63,664 bases of DNA, filler included, from Octopus bimaculoides (GCF_001194135.2; 6 parts of 6 records of this genome joined end to end with filler, not necessarily neighbours in it), one strand, 5' to 3'. Shown: positions 1 to 12,899, counted from the whole stretch's first letter. Program-made: numbers and translations. Notes: a model not told the origin generated them from the sequence alone.

Positions 1-4
1 TATG

Positions 5-37
<33 letters not shown>

Positions 38-320
38 GTATATATATGTATATATATATGTATATATATGTATATATATGTATATATATGTATATATATG
101 TATATATATGTATATATATGTATATATATATGTATATATATGTATATATATGTATATATATATATGTATATATATGTATATATATATATATGTATATATA
201 TGTATATATATATATATATGTATATATATGTATATGTAAAGAGAGAGAGAGAGAGAGACAAACAGATAGATAGACAGATGGATAGCTAGACAGACAGACA
301 GATAGATAGATAGATAGAGG
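1..320. repeat. Compound microsatellite: (TA)/(TATATG)n, (GA)n, (GATA)n
   Basis: Directly visible; produces the spurious YI/YM-rich ORFs at 2-289. Confidence 0.97.
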
Positions 321-700
321 AATAAACACATACACACACCTCTTTGAGTTACTTTTTCCTTTTCACACTCACCGAGTTGTTACGTAATTCTCATGACACG
401 AATCAATAGCCCAGACTGTTACAAAACAACAATAACCTGACATTGGTAAATTATATAACTGAGATATTATCTACTTCCTTTGTTCCACACATATACTGAT
501 GAGCCCAAATATACATACATACGTATGTATATATATATACAGGGTGTATAGTGTGTTTACGATATGTATTATAGATACGTGTGTACATAAATCCTCACTT
601 TCACCTCTAAACGAGATTTAAAAAAGAAAAAAAGAAAAATTAATAAACCACAGTGAAAGAAAATTTTCCATCCGCTCATTCGGTTCGAATACCTACTTAC

Positions 701-898
701 CTTGCTTCTTTCAATCACGGCAACACTTCCCTTGTCTAAGGATCGCGAAAAGGTAGCTGCTATACTAGACCCAGCTGTTCCACTGCCGACCACGACCAAC
801 TTATAAGATCGGTCTTGTGAAGCATATCTGAGGCACTGATGAATGGTTTTCGGAAGGACATTAGGCCTTAATGTAACCGATGAAATGTAAGAGAGCAT
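701..898 (-). CDS. SQOR: First coding exon of mitochondrial sulfide:quinone oxidoreductase (gene continues left of the window)
   Basis: ATG at 898, 66 codons: MLSYISSVTLRPNVLPKTIHQCLRYASQDRSYKLVVVGSGTAGSSIAATFSRSLDKGSVAVIERSK, then phase-0 donor AAG|GTAAGT. Acid-free, Arg-containing presequence followed by the FAD Rossmann segment matching the SQOR pattern YxVLVxGGGxGGxxxAxxxxRxxxxxxVAIVEPS. Confidence 0.85.
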
Positions 899-1046
899 TG
901 TACAAATATTCGACTGGCTGACTGGCGGCGCGTGTGTATGTACATATAATGTATATATACTACGTACAATATATATATATGTCAACAGGATGGTAAGACC
1001 CACCGGCTTTCTGGTTTCTCTTTACCAGGTCTGTTTGCTTGCTTAC

Positions 1047-1110
1047 CTCGGACAGCAGGCGTTTAGAGAGTTGTTCGGTCGGTCAGTTGGCGCTGCTGTG
1101 TAACTTACGA
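1047..1110 (-). promoter_or_regulatory. Candidate non-coding 5' exon / CpG-rich promoter of SQOR
   Basis: Minus-strand donor CGAG|GTAAGC at 1047/1046 inside a CpG-rich patch just upstream of the ATG exon; the 5' boundary is a guess. Confidence 0.4.
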
Positions 1111-1456
1111 ACGACAATAAACTACGATGTCAGTAATTTGTTTGTTTTTGAAAAAAACTACAAACGCATGTGGCATGCTTAACTTTTGCATTCATGTAGA
1201 ATAAGTAAGTTTTACATGAAAAATAATAAGATAAAAATAAAGATGGTATTTTGGTACAAGGTATCATATATATAGACAATTGACTAATAATAAAGAGTGT
1301 TAATGAAATAATAATAAAAACATTTATGACACACGCATATGTATAGTGTGTGTATGTTATATACAATATATGTGTACGTATCATTGACTCTCTCACGCTC
1401 TCTAGTGAGTGTGTGTGTGTATGTGTGTGTACACGTTATATCTGTATTAGAATAAA

Positions 1457-2723
1457 CAGGGTGCGGGCGGTATTTGTTAGCAATTTTCAACAGCTAATTT
1501 TACACATTTAAAAAAAAGAATTCGTTGTCGGTCTTTTTCTTCTTAAAAACTATAAACATTTTTGCTTCGTTTTTTATTTTTTTTATTTTTTATTTTTTTT
1601 GCAGAATAATTAACTATGGAAAATTTTGAAGCTCCCAGTTTGTGGACAAACAAGATTTTAGACTTCCTCAACATCAGCAGAAAGATGGTGGAAAAGAACA
1701 GAAAGGAGCTGTTAAGATTCAGGATTCGACTACGAGACGACAGCGGTGAGGGAAACCTATGATCGACGATCTGACACCATCAGAACGAAATTCGTCAAAG
1801 GAATCCACCAACAATAATCCCAGCAAGTCGATACGCGCCATTGCTAGAGAGAAAGGTGTGGATGAAAAGTTCATCAGGCTGGTGGTGCTTGAGGATATTC
1901 ACTACTTTTCATACAAGAGGAGGAAGGAACAATTTTTGTACTGGGTGATGCAGGAAAAACGACTCGAGCACACCAAGAGGCTGATCAACAAGTTGAAACA
2001 CCCACTGGAGCCAGACGTGTTATGGTTCTCCTCTTGCATGAAGAATTTCTGCCAAAAATAGAAGATCAACTCCCAAAACAACAGGTGGTTTGCTGTCTCC
2101 CCCAAGAATGTATCCAAAGTCATGCAGACGAAATTCTCAGTGACAATCATGGTCTTCAGTGTTGTCAGTAGAGAAGGTAACATCCTGCCATTTCACTTCT
2201 TTCCTGAGAGCCTCAGGCTGAACACTGACAGCTACATCTGTATTCTGAGTGAGGTGGTGAAGCCCTGAATCAACCAGATAACTGCAGGGAAGCCATACAT
2301 ATGACAGCAAGACCCTGTGCCCTATCACACCAACCGGAAAACCTAAGCCTGGCTGTCAGAGAATCTCTTTGATCACACAGCACCTGATATTTGGCCTCCC
2401 AACTTGCTTGACTGCAACCCCCTCAGCTTCTTTGTGTGAGGCACAATGGAATGAGAGACCAACAAATCCAGCTGCAACACAAAGGATGAGCTGAGGGCCA
2501 GTGCTACCAGAGCCTTCAGGAGCCGAAAACAGGAGATAGTGACGAAGGCCTGAGGCTGGTTCCGAGGTCACCTGGAGGCTGACAACAGGGCCAAAGACCG
2601 GTTCATCAAATGAGATTGACAGAACATGTCATGATGACAAAGTGACTCAAATTTGACAAATATTGCTCAAAAAATAAAAACACTGTTTCATTTTTCATGT
2701 GAACAGATACCATCTGCACCCTG
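1457..2723 (+). mobile_element. Decayed Tc1/mariner DD37D (maT-type) transposon with both TIRs
   Basis: TIRs CAGGGTGCGGGCGGTATTTGTT (1457) and reverse-complement CAGGGTGCAGATGGTATCTGTT (ending 2723, followed by TA). Transposase remnants SIRAIAREKGV...WFSSCMKNF...QQDPVPYH...WPPNLLDCNPLS with stops; 37 residues between the second and third catalytic positions. Confidence 0.88.
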
Positions 2724-3132
2724 TATAAACATATACATTGTCATTCATCACATTTGAATCTTGTGTTTTTCTGTCCCAGTCAAATGACTGAAACAAGTAA
2801 AAGAATAAAAAAGAATAATAAATGATTTTACATGCCTGTATTATTATATATAATATAGATTACATAATTCAGTTGTATAAAGACTTACTCATCAGGTGAA
2901 TGACTATCGTAATTACTTCACTTTTCATTCATTGCATCATTACATACATATTATACATTCCTAATATAATAATCATTATCAATTGGATTTACTGGATTTC
3001 AACTGCATCGGACTATACACTACACCCCCCCCCTTTTTTTTCAGTTTATTATGTAGTTTATGGCATGATTCATTAAAGGAGATTTTTTTGTGAGCACCTC
3101 TGGATCAGTTAAATCCATATATTGTCGATTAA

Positions 3133-3180
<48 letters not shown>

Positions 3181-3306
3181 CATCAGTGGATCATATATCA
3201 AAAACAGAAGCACATTCTAAAGAACAAAGCAACAGTGTATTTACAAGCAGTTAAATATATGTCTGATCATAGAGTGCCCATTGAGTCTGATGAACCATCT
3301 ATAAAG

Positions 3307-4183
3307 CAGGGTGCAGTGAATAAATTGTCATCTAAATTCCACAAAGATGAAAATAACACTGACATTTCATTTTAACATATATTTACCAAAATTACATAAA
3401 AATATCTTGAAATACTAAAGAGTAAATTTATTCAATAAAATCATCATTCGCTTCAACCACGGCATCCAGACAACTTCAAAATCTCCTGTAACTCTTCTGG
3501 ATGGTCTCCTTGTTTAAGTTGGTGAATGCTGCCAAAATCCTTGCTTTCAGTTCATCTTTGGTGTTACAAGGAGTTTTGTTGGTTTCTCGGTCAACTGCAC
3601 CCCACACGTAATAATCAAGGGGGTTGCAGTCTGAGAAGTTAGGTGGCCAGATGTTGGGGGCTGATATGGTCGCAGAAATTGTCTGACAGCCATGAGTGGA
3701 TTCTCCTGCTTGTATGGCATGGGGCAGAGTCCTGTTGCCAGACATAGGGTCTTCCAGCAGCCACCCTCTTGGCCCAGGGCAGCACCACCTCCTCCAAGCA
3801 CTTGATGTAAGCCTCCATGTTGAGTCTGAGGCTGTGTGGAAAGATGAATGGAGGCGTAACATCGCCATCACTAGTGATCATTCCAAACATTATGATGTTG
3901 AGTAGATGTCTGATTTTTATCACATCTTCTGATTGCACTGTCCTTAGATTGACACCCAAACACTCTGAAATGTTTATATTGGAGCTTCCGGCATGAATGC
4001 CAAGCAGTACAGCATGTCATTTCCAAATTTCTGGCAGAGTGAATTGCATCATGGTGCTGTTTTTCTCATAGATGGTGCCCAACTGACCCTATTATACTGT
4101 ATAGTTGACAAAATAAAAAAGCAAACAATATGTGTGCGCGAAACTAAAGGTATAAAACAGCGACAATTTACCCATGGTACCTG
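3307..4183 (-). mobile_element. Internally deleted DD37D (maT-type) transposon
   Basis: WQQDSAPCH...WPPNFSDCNPLDYYVW with 37-aa D-D spacing after correcting one frameshift. Imperfect TIRs CAGGGTGCAGTGAATAAATTGTC and CAGGTACCATGGGTAAATTGTC. Confidence 0.88.
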
Positions 4184-5260
4184 TATATATGCACGTTTGT
4201 ATAGTCTTACGATGGGTCCTTTCAGTTTTCATCTACTAAATCTACTCACAAGGCTTTGGTAGACAGATATAAGAAACAATTACTCAATACCTAAAGTAGA
4301 CTTAATAAATAACACAGGAAGTAAGACTTAGGTCTTATGCTGTCATTACTGCCAATTTCATGTTACCACTTTTCAATGGAGCTAAAGATTTTATAATAAA
4401 TAAGACTCCTATCAATTATATGTATTTGGTCAAAATGATAGTTATAAATACTGATAGTTTAAAATTTAAAATTTGACATTAAAAATATTTAAGAGTTGAT
4501 GTGGTATTCAAACACAGGACTTGAAGTAAGTGATAGAATAAGAAAACTGAGACAGCAAAACATGAAAGAAGAAAGACAGAGAGCGAGAGGGGGGGTAGAG
4601 AGACTATGGAAGTGAAAAGAAAGACCAACTAAACAAAGAAATGCAAAGAGGATATGCAGAAGATAAGAAAAGAAAGAAAGAAAGAAAATGTTCACTGAAC
4701 TATGAAAACATTAAATACAATGAGCTGTGATAGCATTATGAAGAGTTGGGAATGAAAATATGAAGGGGATATAAAAAGAAGTAGGGAAGAAGAGTAATTA
4801 AGAAATTGTATCTTAATTAGAGAGAAGTGTGAAAACAAATAAGAAAATCTTAAGTTTATGATTACCTAACAAATTGACTGAATAGTGAGAGAAGAAAATA
4901 AAGTGACTGACTAAATGAAAAGTGAAAGAAAGAAAACTAAGTAAATGGAGAAAGAGAAAAGCAGAGAAGAGGAAGACATGAATGCATTTGTGTTTTTGCT
5001 GTGTTGGAAAATAAAGGAAAAGAATAAGAAAAACAAACAAGAAAAGATAAGAAGAAAGAAAGGGTTCTTGAGGTGTCAGGAAACATACATATATAATGAC
5101 AGTACAGAAAAAATATCTTGACTCATGCTTAAATAAATACATTTAGAATAAAATATAGTTGATCCATGTTTAAATAAATAAAATTCAATAGACAAAAATG
5201 CAATAAAGTGCAATGTATGATAATGTAACTCTTTCTTATTTTTGGCACAAGACCTACAGT

Positions 5261-5448
5261 TTCTGAGGAAAACGGACCAGTTGATTACATCAACCCCAGT
5301 ACTTGACTGGTGCTTTATTTTATTGACATCATAATGGTAAAAAGCAAAGTTGATTTCAGTAGGATTTGAACTCAGTATGTAAGGATCCATAACAAATGTC
5401 ACTATGCATTTTGTCTGGCATGCTAATAATTCTATGAGCTTGCCCCAC
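5261..5448 (-). mobile_element. tRNA-derived SINE family B, CpG-decayed copy
   Basis: Aligns by eye to the copies at 26.1-26.3 kb, with CpG>TpG/CpA changes (gttgattacatcaacccc vs gtcgattacatcgacccc). Confidence 0.75.
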
Positions 5449-5789
5449 AGTATATGATAAGATAATGAAATGAAAGAAAATGAACCGTATAAAAGTGTAC
5501 AAGATTTGGTACTAAAATTTCAGTTCTTTTTCCAAATACAGATTGTCTGTCATTAATCTGGTTCCATCACTAATTAGACACAAATTTCAGCTGACCTAAT
5601 TTTAATCTCAAATTATGTGGGTCACCTTACCCACCTGCAGCTAATGTTTGGTGGTGCTACCTATTGCATAAACATGTCAGCATTACTTACAAATATCAGT
5701 TAGGTATTTCTTTTTGTTTTGTTTTGTTTTTTTCCATTTATTATTATTATTATAATCCATTCACTTTTAGCTTCAGGCATGGTTCCAAT

Positions 5790-6085
5790 GATTAAAGGAA
5801 ATGCTTCTCATTGTGTAAAGTGTGAACATCAGGTATTGTCCATTATAGATAAGGTGGAATTTTTAAAAAAACATGACAACAAAGTCTCTGTAAAAAGTCT
5901 TTGTGGTATATACAACAATGGCTATTCAACAGTTTATGACATAAGAAACAGAAAAAATTACTCTTTCTTTTTTTTTTCACACAGTAGTTCAATGAAACAA
6001 ATGTATAAAAGATGGAACTAGACTGAGTTCTGATGAAGTGGTTTAAGGTATGTATAAGTGAGCTAAGGAAAGAGCAAGCCCAAAA
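5790..6085 (+). mobile_element. Tigger/pogo transposase N-terminal HTH fragment
   Basis: VLSIIDKVEFLKKHDNKVSVKSLCGIYNNGYSTVYDIRNRK matches the psq/CENP-B-type HTH of Tigger/Jerky transposases. Confidence 0.7.
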
Positions 6086-6099
6086 ATGTCATTAAGAAT

Positions 6100-6790
6100 T
6101 AGGCTTAGATTTTGAATTTTAGGTAGAAGTGGATTTAGTAAATAATTGAAGTACAGAGATCAACCTACACAAAAAGGCATTAAACCTAGAAAATGGATAA
6201 TCATTTGGTACAATCCTCTGTACAGCACTAGTATAACTACAAACATAGCAAACAAGTTGCTGCCCCTGACAAACAAAAGTTCTCCATGATACTTTAATTA
6301 CTCGACAATCTTTAATAAAGAGTGTAAGGAGTAGCTTGGCTGCTTAGATAATATAACCTTCCAAATCTCCCACCATAACCAAAGCCTCAGAAATAATAAA
6401 TTAAAACAATAGTCTAAATGTAATTTTAGAAATGCATTAAGCTACCAACTCAATAGAAAAAGCCTATCAAAAGTGTTTATTTGCTACACTACAGTGAAAA
6501 TGGCAGAAGGTGTTGAAATGGCATTGAATGAAGTAACAGAAAATACCTTAAAAACCTGATATACACAGAATTCCTTCAAATCCATAAACAGAGTAACCAT
6601 AATTGTCAGAATACATCTGGAAGCAAAAAGAAAAGTATCAACAACATAGTAATGAAAAAGCTAGAACTCAGAAATGTACCCTGTGTATCTCAGAGAAATA
6701 TAATATATTGATAACAACATTTAACATATGTTTAACACAAGAAATGAAACACAGCATACTCACAGAGGAAGGCATTTTTCTTAAATGCAT
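6100..6790 (+). mobile_element. Decayed Penelope-like element, GIY-YIG endonuclease region
   Basis: Motifs in the expected order: WYNPLYSTSITTNIANKLL (IWFNPP), IFNK, KCNFRN..QLNRKSL (CNC..CPLNGKC), TENTLKT*Y (TENTFKTRY), LSEYIWK, KCTLCISEKY; frameshifts and stops. Confidence 0.75.
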
Positions 6791-7339
6791 ATAAAATACA
6801 ATCAGGATGAAATGAGTCACCTTTCTTAAATGGTTTGGACAACTCTGTGAGGCAACATGATAGTACCAAGAGTTACTTCCTTGTATGAAAATAGTAAATA
6901 TGGAGTTACCTCCTTCTAGAAACATCCTGGACATAGAGTTATCTCCTATTAACTACAGATGTAAGCATTGAAGAAAATCAATACCAACACAACATGACCT
7001 GATGTAACCAACGAAAATAATGTGTAAGCCATTGTGTTTGACTCTCACTATAGTCAATTCTGTCAATGAAGTCTATTGACAAATTTGACACCATACTGGA
7101 AGATCTGGAAGATCATGTTGAGCAACAAATTGAATCACAGGCGTAGTGTGTGTGTGTGTGTATGTGAGCGTGCATGCATGTGTGTGTGTGTATGTGTGTG
7201 TGTGCGTGTGTGCGCGCGCGCGTGTAATATCAGTTGCCTGACGATCAGAAACATGAAACTAATAATTACTTGTGAAGTTTCTGTACTTCAAAATAAAAAC
7301 TGAGAAGACATATTGAGCTAAGTAAAATCACAGCCAGCT

Positions 7340-7606
7340 ATACATGCAGGCATGTCCTTTGCAGGTGCTGGTGTCACATAAAATGCACTCATACCAGTGC
7401 TATGTAATCACACCTGCGCTGGCGATACATAAAAGGTACCCAGTACACTCTGTAAAGTTGTTTGGCGTTAGGAAGGTTACCCAGCCATAGAAACCATGCC
7501 GAGACAGACAATTGGAGTCTGGACAGTCTCTGGCTGGCCAGCTCCTGTCAAACCATCCAACCCATGCTAGCATGGAAAACAGACGTTAAATGATGATGAT
7601 GATGAA
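7340..7606 (+). mobile_element. RTE LINE 3' end (or RTE-tailed SINE) fragment
   Basis: Ends ...CCCATGCTAGCATGGAAAACAGACGTTAAATGATGATGATGATGA, the same terminus as the RTE copies at 38.5 and 48.7 kb. Confidence 0.8.
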
Positions 7607-7751
7607 ATGTGGTATGTGCATAAAATTGTTAAATATGCATGTCATTTAAAATAAGTCATGGCTTCTTGGGTTACCAACTGCTATTCAAATAACTGTATAC
7701 TCATGGGCAAATATATTCATGTTTCTTTTGATCCTAGCTCCGCAGGTTTAA

Positions 7752-7783
<32 letters not shown>

Positions 7784-8885
7784 ATGTATATATATATATA
7801 CATATGTATGTATGTATGCTTTAAGAGACATGTTTCTGTATAATTATTTGTTGGTTACTGAACCAAGAATTATTTACTGAACTGTAAAATAGGAGTAGTA
7901 CACCATATCTCAGTGAAGGTAAACTGAAATAAGATTCACTACTAGGGTAGTAAGAGATTTTAGCTCTGTGACCTTACATCCTGTATTTTTAGGTCAATAA
8001 ACCTATACTGTGTTTAACCATCCCTGAGTCAGCAGACTTATTGATCAAATTGCATTTCAGCTCTGATTGTTTGACATTTTTTTTTACTCATATAATATAA
8101 CTCTGACTACTACTTTATCCAATGTGCCCTTTTTAAAGGTTATAAAATGAGAGAGATTTGGCTGTTATTTCTAACAGGTTAAGTGACATAAAGAGGCATT
8201 CTAACTTCCCTGTTTTCTGCTGGACCTTTCCTTTCATAGTCCCTATGTTTGTTTGAGAATACAGATGGAAGTGGTTCACAAATGGATGTATATGTTGGTC
8301 ACCTCTATTGAGTCAAACCTGAGCAAGCAACCATATGATCAAAAGTATTCCAGACATGGCCACCATGTCTTTTTGTACATCTTTGACTACATTATCCAAT
8401 ATTTTCTCTTTTCACTTTTATTTTTTACTTGTTTCAGTCATTGGACTGCAGTCACCTTGAAGAAGGGCACCACCTTAAAGAAACTTTAGTTGAATGAATC
8501 TATCCCAACACTTACCTTTTTTTAAAGCTTGGTATTTATTTTACCAGTCTCTTTTGCTGAACTGCTAAGTTATGGGGATGAAAACATATCAACACCAATT
8601 GTGAGTGTCAATATTGGGTTGACTAAAACCCTTAAAGGCTGTCTCCTTGCATGGCCACAGTTCAGTAAATTAAACCACCAGTAAAAGACAAAATCAATGC
8701 CACATTAACCCAATGAAACACTAGCCAATTCTGCAGGTCTTCCACATGTTACATTAGTCAATGATAATATCTAATAGTAGTGAATTATACAGTCACTTAA
8801 AATACTCCCAATGCCTAATTTAACTCTACACTGTGCTAATGACAAGATACTCAGCCACAAAACTCTCAGCAGATTGTCTAGTATA

Positions 8886-9047
8886 GCGCAGGAGTGGCTG
8901 TATGGTAAGTAGCTTGCCTACCAACCACATGGTTCCGAGTTCAGTCCCTCTGCGTGGCACCTTGGGCAAGTGTCTGCTACTAGAAGCCTCGGGCCGACCA
9001 AAGCCTTGTGAGTGGATTTGGTAGACGAAAACTGAAAGCCCATCGTA

Positions 9048-9060
<13 letters not shown>
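8886..9060 (+). mobile_element. tRNA-derived SINE family A, head
   Basis: A-box-like TGGCTGTATGG, B-box-like GTTCAGTCCC, then ccttgggcaagtgt...gtggatttggtagacg and (TA)n. Confidence 0.85.
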
Positions 9061-9090
<30 letters not shown>

Positions 9091-10064
9091 NNNNNNNNNN
9101 NNNNNNNNNNNNNNNNNNNNNNNNNNNNNNNNNNNNNNNNNNNNNNNNNNNNNNNNNNNNNNNNNNNNNNNNNNNNNNNNNNNNNNNNNNNNNNNNNNNN
9201 NNNNNNNNNNNNNNNNNNNNNNNNNNNNNNNNNNNNNNNNNNNNNNNNNNNNNNNNNNNNNNNNNNNNNNNNNNNNNNNNNNNNNNNNNNNNNNNNNNNN
9301 NNNNNNNNNNNNNNNNNNNNNNNNNNNNNNNNNNNNNNNNNNNNNNNNNNNNNNNNNNNNNNNNNNNNNNNNNNNNNNNNNNNNNNNNNNNNNNNNNNNN
9401 NNNNNNNNNNNNNNNNNNNNNNNNNNNNNNNNNNNNNNNNNNNNNNNNNNNNNNNNNNNNNNNNNNNNNNNNNNNNNNNNNNNNNNNNNNNNNNNNNNNN
9501 NNNNNNNNNNNNNNNNNNNNNNNNNNNNNNNNNNNNNNNNNNNNNNNNNNNNNNNNNNNNNNNNNNNNNNNNNNNNNNNNNNNNNNNNNNNNNNNNNNNN
9601 NNNNNNNNNNNNNNNNNNNNNNNNNNNNNNNNNNNNNNNNNNNNNNNNNNNNNNNNNNNNNNNNNNNNNNNNNNNNNNNNNNNNNNNNNNNNNNNNNNNN
9701 NNNNNNNNNNNNNNNNNNNNNNNNNNNNNNNNNNNNNNNNNNNNNNNNNNNNNNNNNNNNNNNNNNNNNNNNNNNNNNNNNNNNNNNNNNNNNNNNNNNN
9801 NNNNNNNNNNNNNNNNNNNNNNNNNNNNNNNNNNNNNNNNNNNNNNNNNNNNNNNNNNNNNNNNNNNNNNNNNNNNNNNNNNNNNNNNNNNNNNNNNNNN
9901 NNNNNNNNNNNNNNNNNNNNNNNNNNNNNNNNNNNNNNNNNNNNNNNNNNNNNNNNNNNNNNNNNNNNNNNNNNNNNNNNNNNNNNNNNNNNNNNNNNNN
10001 NNNNNNNNNNNNNNNNNNNNNNNNNNNNNNNNNNNNNNNNNNNNNNNNNNNNNNNNNNNNNNNN

Positions 10065-10106
<42 letters not shown>

Positions 10107-10244
10107 ACACTCAAACTCATACATATATAAGACAAATATCTGACGAGAAGAGCAAGTCTTAGGGAGATGACCTTAGCCTATTTATTTAAAAATAAATAGA
10201 GCGACAAAAATGTTAATACCAAAAGTCAATATTCTTTGTTTATT

Positions 10245-10628
10245 CTTTATTTTCACTTGTTGCAGTCATTTGACTGCAGTCATGCTGGAGCACTGCCTTT
10301 AGTCAAACAAATCAACCCCAAGACTTATTATTTGTATGCCTAGTACTTATTCTATTGGTCTCTTTTGCCAAACGACTAAGTTACGGGAACATAAACACAA
10401 TAACATTGGATGTCAAGTGATGGTGGAAGGACAAACGCAGACACACAAACACATACATAACATATATATATGACAGGCTTCCTTCAGTTTCTGTCTACTA
10501 AATCACAAGGCTTTGGTCAGCCTGAGGCTATAGTAGAAGACACCTGCCCAAGGTGCCATGCAGTAGAACTGAACCCGGAACCATGTAGCTGGAAAGCAAG
10601 CTTCTTACCACACAGCCACTCCTGCACC
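10245..10628 (-). mobile_element. SINE family A, full length, CpG-decayed
   Basis: Head, internal microsatellite and tail homologous to 58981-59468. Confidence 0.85.
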
Positions 10629-11527
10629 TTTTTCTTTCTTTTTAATAAGCCCACTAGCTTTTAGTGACATCAGAGCCTGATTGGGCTCTGTGTTTCTATG
10701 TGCATCACTAGCACAGTTGTTATTGTTATTTCCAGGACCCAGGTATCTACCACTGACAAGGCCAAAAGAGGCTGAAATCACATGATCTGGTAGTCCTAGC
10801 GGCAGAAGTAGCAGTGATTGTCTGCCACTGGCAATAACTATGATGTGCTTTTATGCATTGTAAAACCATATGAGAGATTTTCTCTCTAGGTAAATATCAC
10901 ACTATTTGTGTATTCTTTTACAACATATATTTTTAGGTGGTGAATATTTAACCCTTTGGTATTAATACTGCTTTTGTCACTCTTTCACTCTCTCTCTCTC
11001 TCTCTCTCGCTATATATATATATATATGTATATATATACACACATATACATATATATACACACACACATAATTGTTATCATTATCATTTTACATGTATTT
11101 CCTATTTGCTGGACAGCAAAATGTTGCTCTATTTTTTTGCACTCCTCTGTCATTTGATACATGCAAAAGAGAAAAACCACTTATCCTTGTTACTACATAT
11201 GTCATGTTTAACTGGTTCACTCTCAGAATGCTGAGTCCATGTTTTCCCTGGTAATGAGGCCAGATCATTACTGTACCCTGATGGGCTTATTGCAATGTCT
11301 TTAATCCAGTTGAGAAGCCATCTCTCTCTATGATGAAAGAAGTGTCAGTTGTATCTTCTGCAAAAATCCTGCAAAGAATTCTAGGGAATACAATGTCTGT
11401 CTGTCTGCCTATCTATCTATATGATAATAATAAATAATATATACATGTGTGTGTATATATTATATAGTCTGACCTTAGAGTCCCTCATAACGTGAGGCAT
11501 TATTGTATAGTAATGCCCTTATATAAA

Positions 11528-11749
11528 TCATCATCATCATCATCATCGTTTAACGTCCGCTTTCCATGCTAGCATGGGTTGGACAATTTGACTGAGGACT
11601 GGTGAAACTGGATGGCAACACCAGGCTCCAATCTAATTTGGCAGAGTTTCTACAGCTGGATGCCCTTCCTAACGCCAACCACTCAGAGAGTGTAGTGGGT
11701 GCTTTTACGTGTCACCCGCACGAAAACGGCCACGCTCGAAATGGTGTCT
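11528..11749 (-). mobile_element. RTE LINE 3' end fragment
   Basis: (CAT)n tail + gtttaacgtccgctttccatgctagcatgggttgg; runs into a gap. Confidence 0.85.
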
Positions 11750-11849
11750 NNNNNNNNNNNNNNNNNNNNNNNNNNNNNNNNNNNNNNNNNNNNTTAATTA
11801 ATTAANNNNNNNNNNNNNNNNNNNNNNNNNNNNNNNNNNNNNNNNNNNN

Positions 11850-12257
11850 AATACCAGCAGATGACAACGTTTCTCTAAAAGAAATGGAAAAACTTTCAAA
11901 ATACAAAGACCTGGAAATAGAGATAACTCGAATGTGGAGTCTAAAAACAGAAACAATTCCTATTATAGTAGGTACCTTAGCTATAATAAAAAAATATTTA
12001 GACAAATACATAACAAAAACACCAGGACTTACAAATATATATATAACATACAGACAATTGCACTACTGGGTACTGCACACATTCTACGCAAAAGACTTTC
12101 AATACAGTTAACATAAGAGCACCACAGCAAACCACAGCACATACCCAAGGCGCACAGAGCTGCGCTCGGTAGTGAAGTGAAAGCACGTTATAAAAATAAA
12201 ACTACTGAACAATAATAATAATAAAAATAACAATAATAATAATAATAAATAATAACC
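11850..12257 (+). mobile_element. R4/Dong-like non-LTR retrotransposon 3' end (RLE domain) with (AAT)n tail
   Basis: IPADDNVSLKEMEKLSKYKDLEIEITRMWSLKTETIPIIVG..LG...TAHILRKRLSIQ matches the C-terminal restriction-like endonuclease; 3' UTR followed by (AAT)n. Confidence 0.8.
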
Positions 12258-12420
12258 TGAAATTTTGGAGGATTGGACTAGTCGATTACATAGACCCTAG
12301 TGTTTCACTGGAACTTATATTATCGACCCCGAAAGGATGAAAAGCAAAGACAACCTCAGTGGAATTTGAACTCAGAACCTGAAGACGGACAAAATATCGC
12401 TAGGCATTTTGCCACTTCAC
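12258..12420 (-). mobile_element. SINE family B
   Basis: gtcgattacatagaccc...cgaccccgaaaggatgaaa...ggaatttgaactcagaac core. Confidence 0.85.
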
Positions 12421-12899
12421 TCCATTGCTCTACATATATTGTAGGTGTGTATCAAAATAGAATTTTACGTAAATCGTAGTGGGATTTTTAGATTGATGAA
12501 GTATATATTTTATATAATTGCTATAATTGTTATTCTAATGATTTTTAATGCACGTATATAATTTGATGCATGTCACTTAAACACCTATATATGGGATTAT
12601 AGTTTCATAAACAACATGTATACATTATTTATAGCTTAAATGCATATTACCAGTCGTATGCAAACTATTCCCGGCTGCAAAGCCAGATCTCATAGTACTG
12701 TTTATATAATGTTGCCAATCTTGGTATAAATCATATAAATATTACTTTTAGATTAGAATTTCAGATTTCTTTGATGTATTTTCTCATTCAATAAAGCTAT
12801 AGAAGAGAACCCAGTGAGAGTGAATATATTTGTTTACTAATAGAAATCCCATTCGAAATGAAATAGATATGATGTTTGTTTTTTTTTCTACTGGACGTA

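Noticed and set aside
11794-11805. TTAATTAATTAA islands inside N runs (also 23444, 38163, 51581, 61581)
   Set aside because: An identical 12-mer centred in similar-length gaps, giving stops in all six frames: a scaffolding spacer, not biology.
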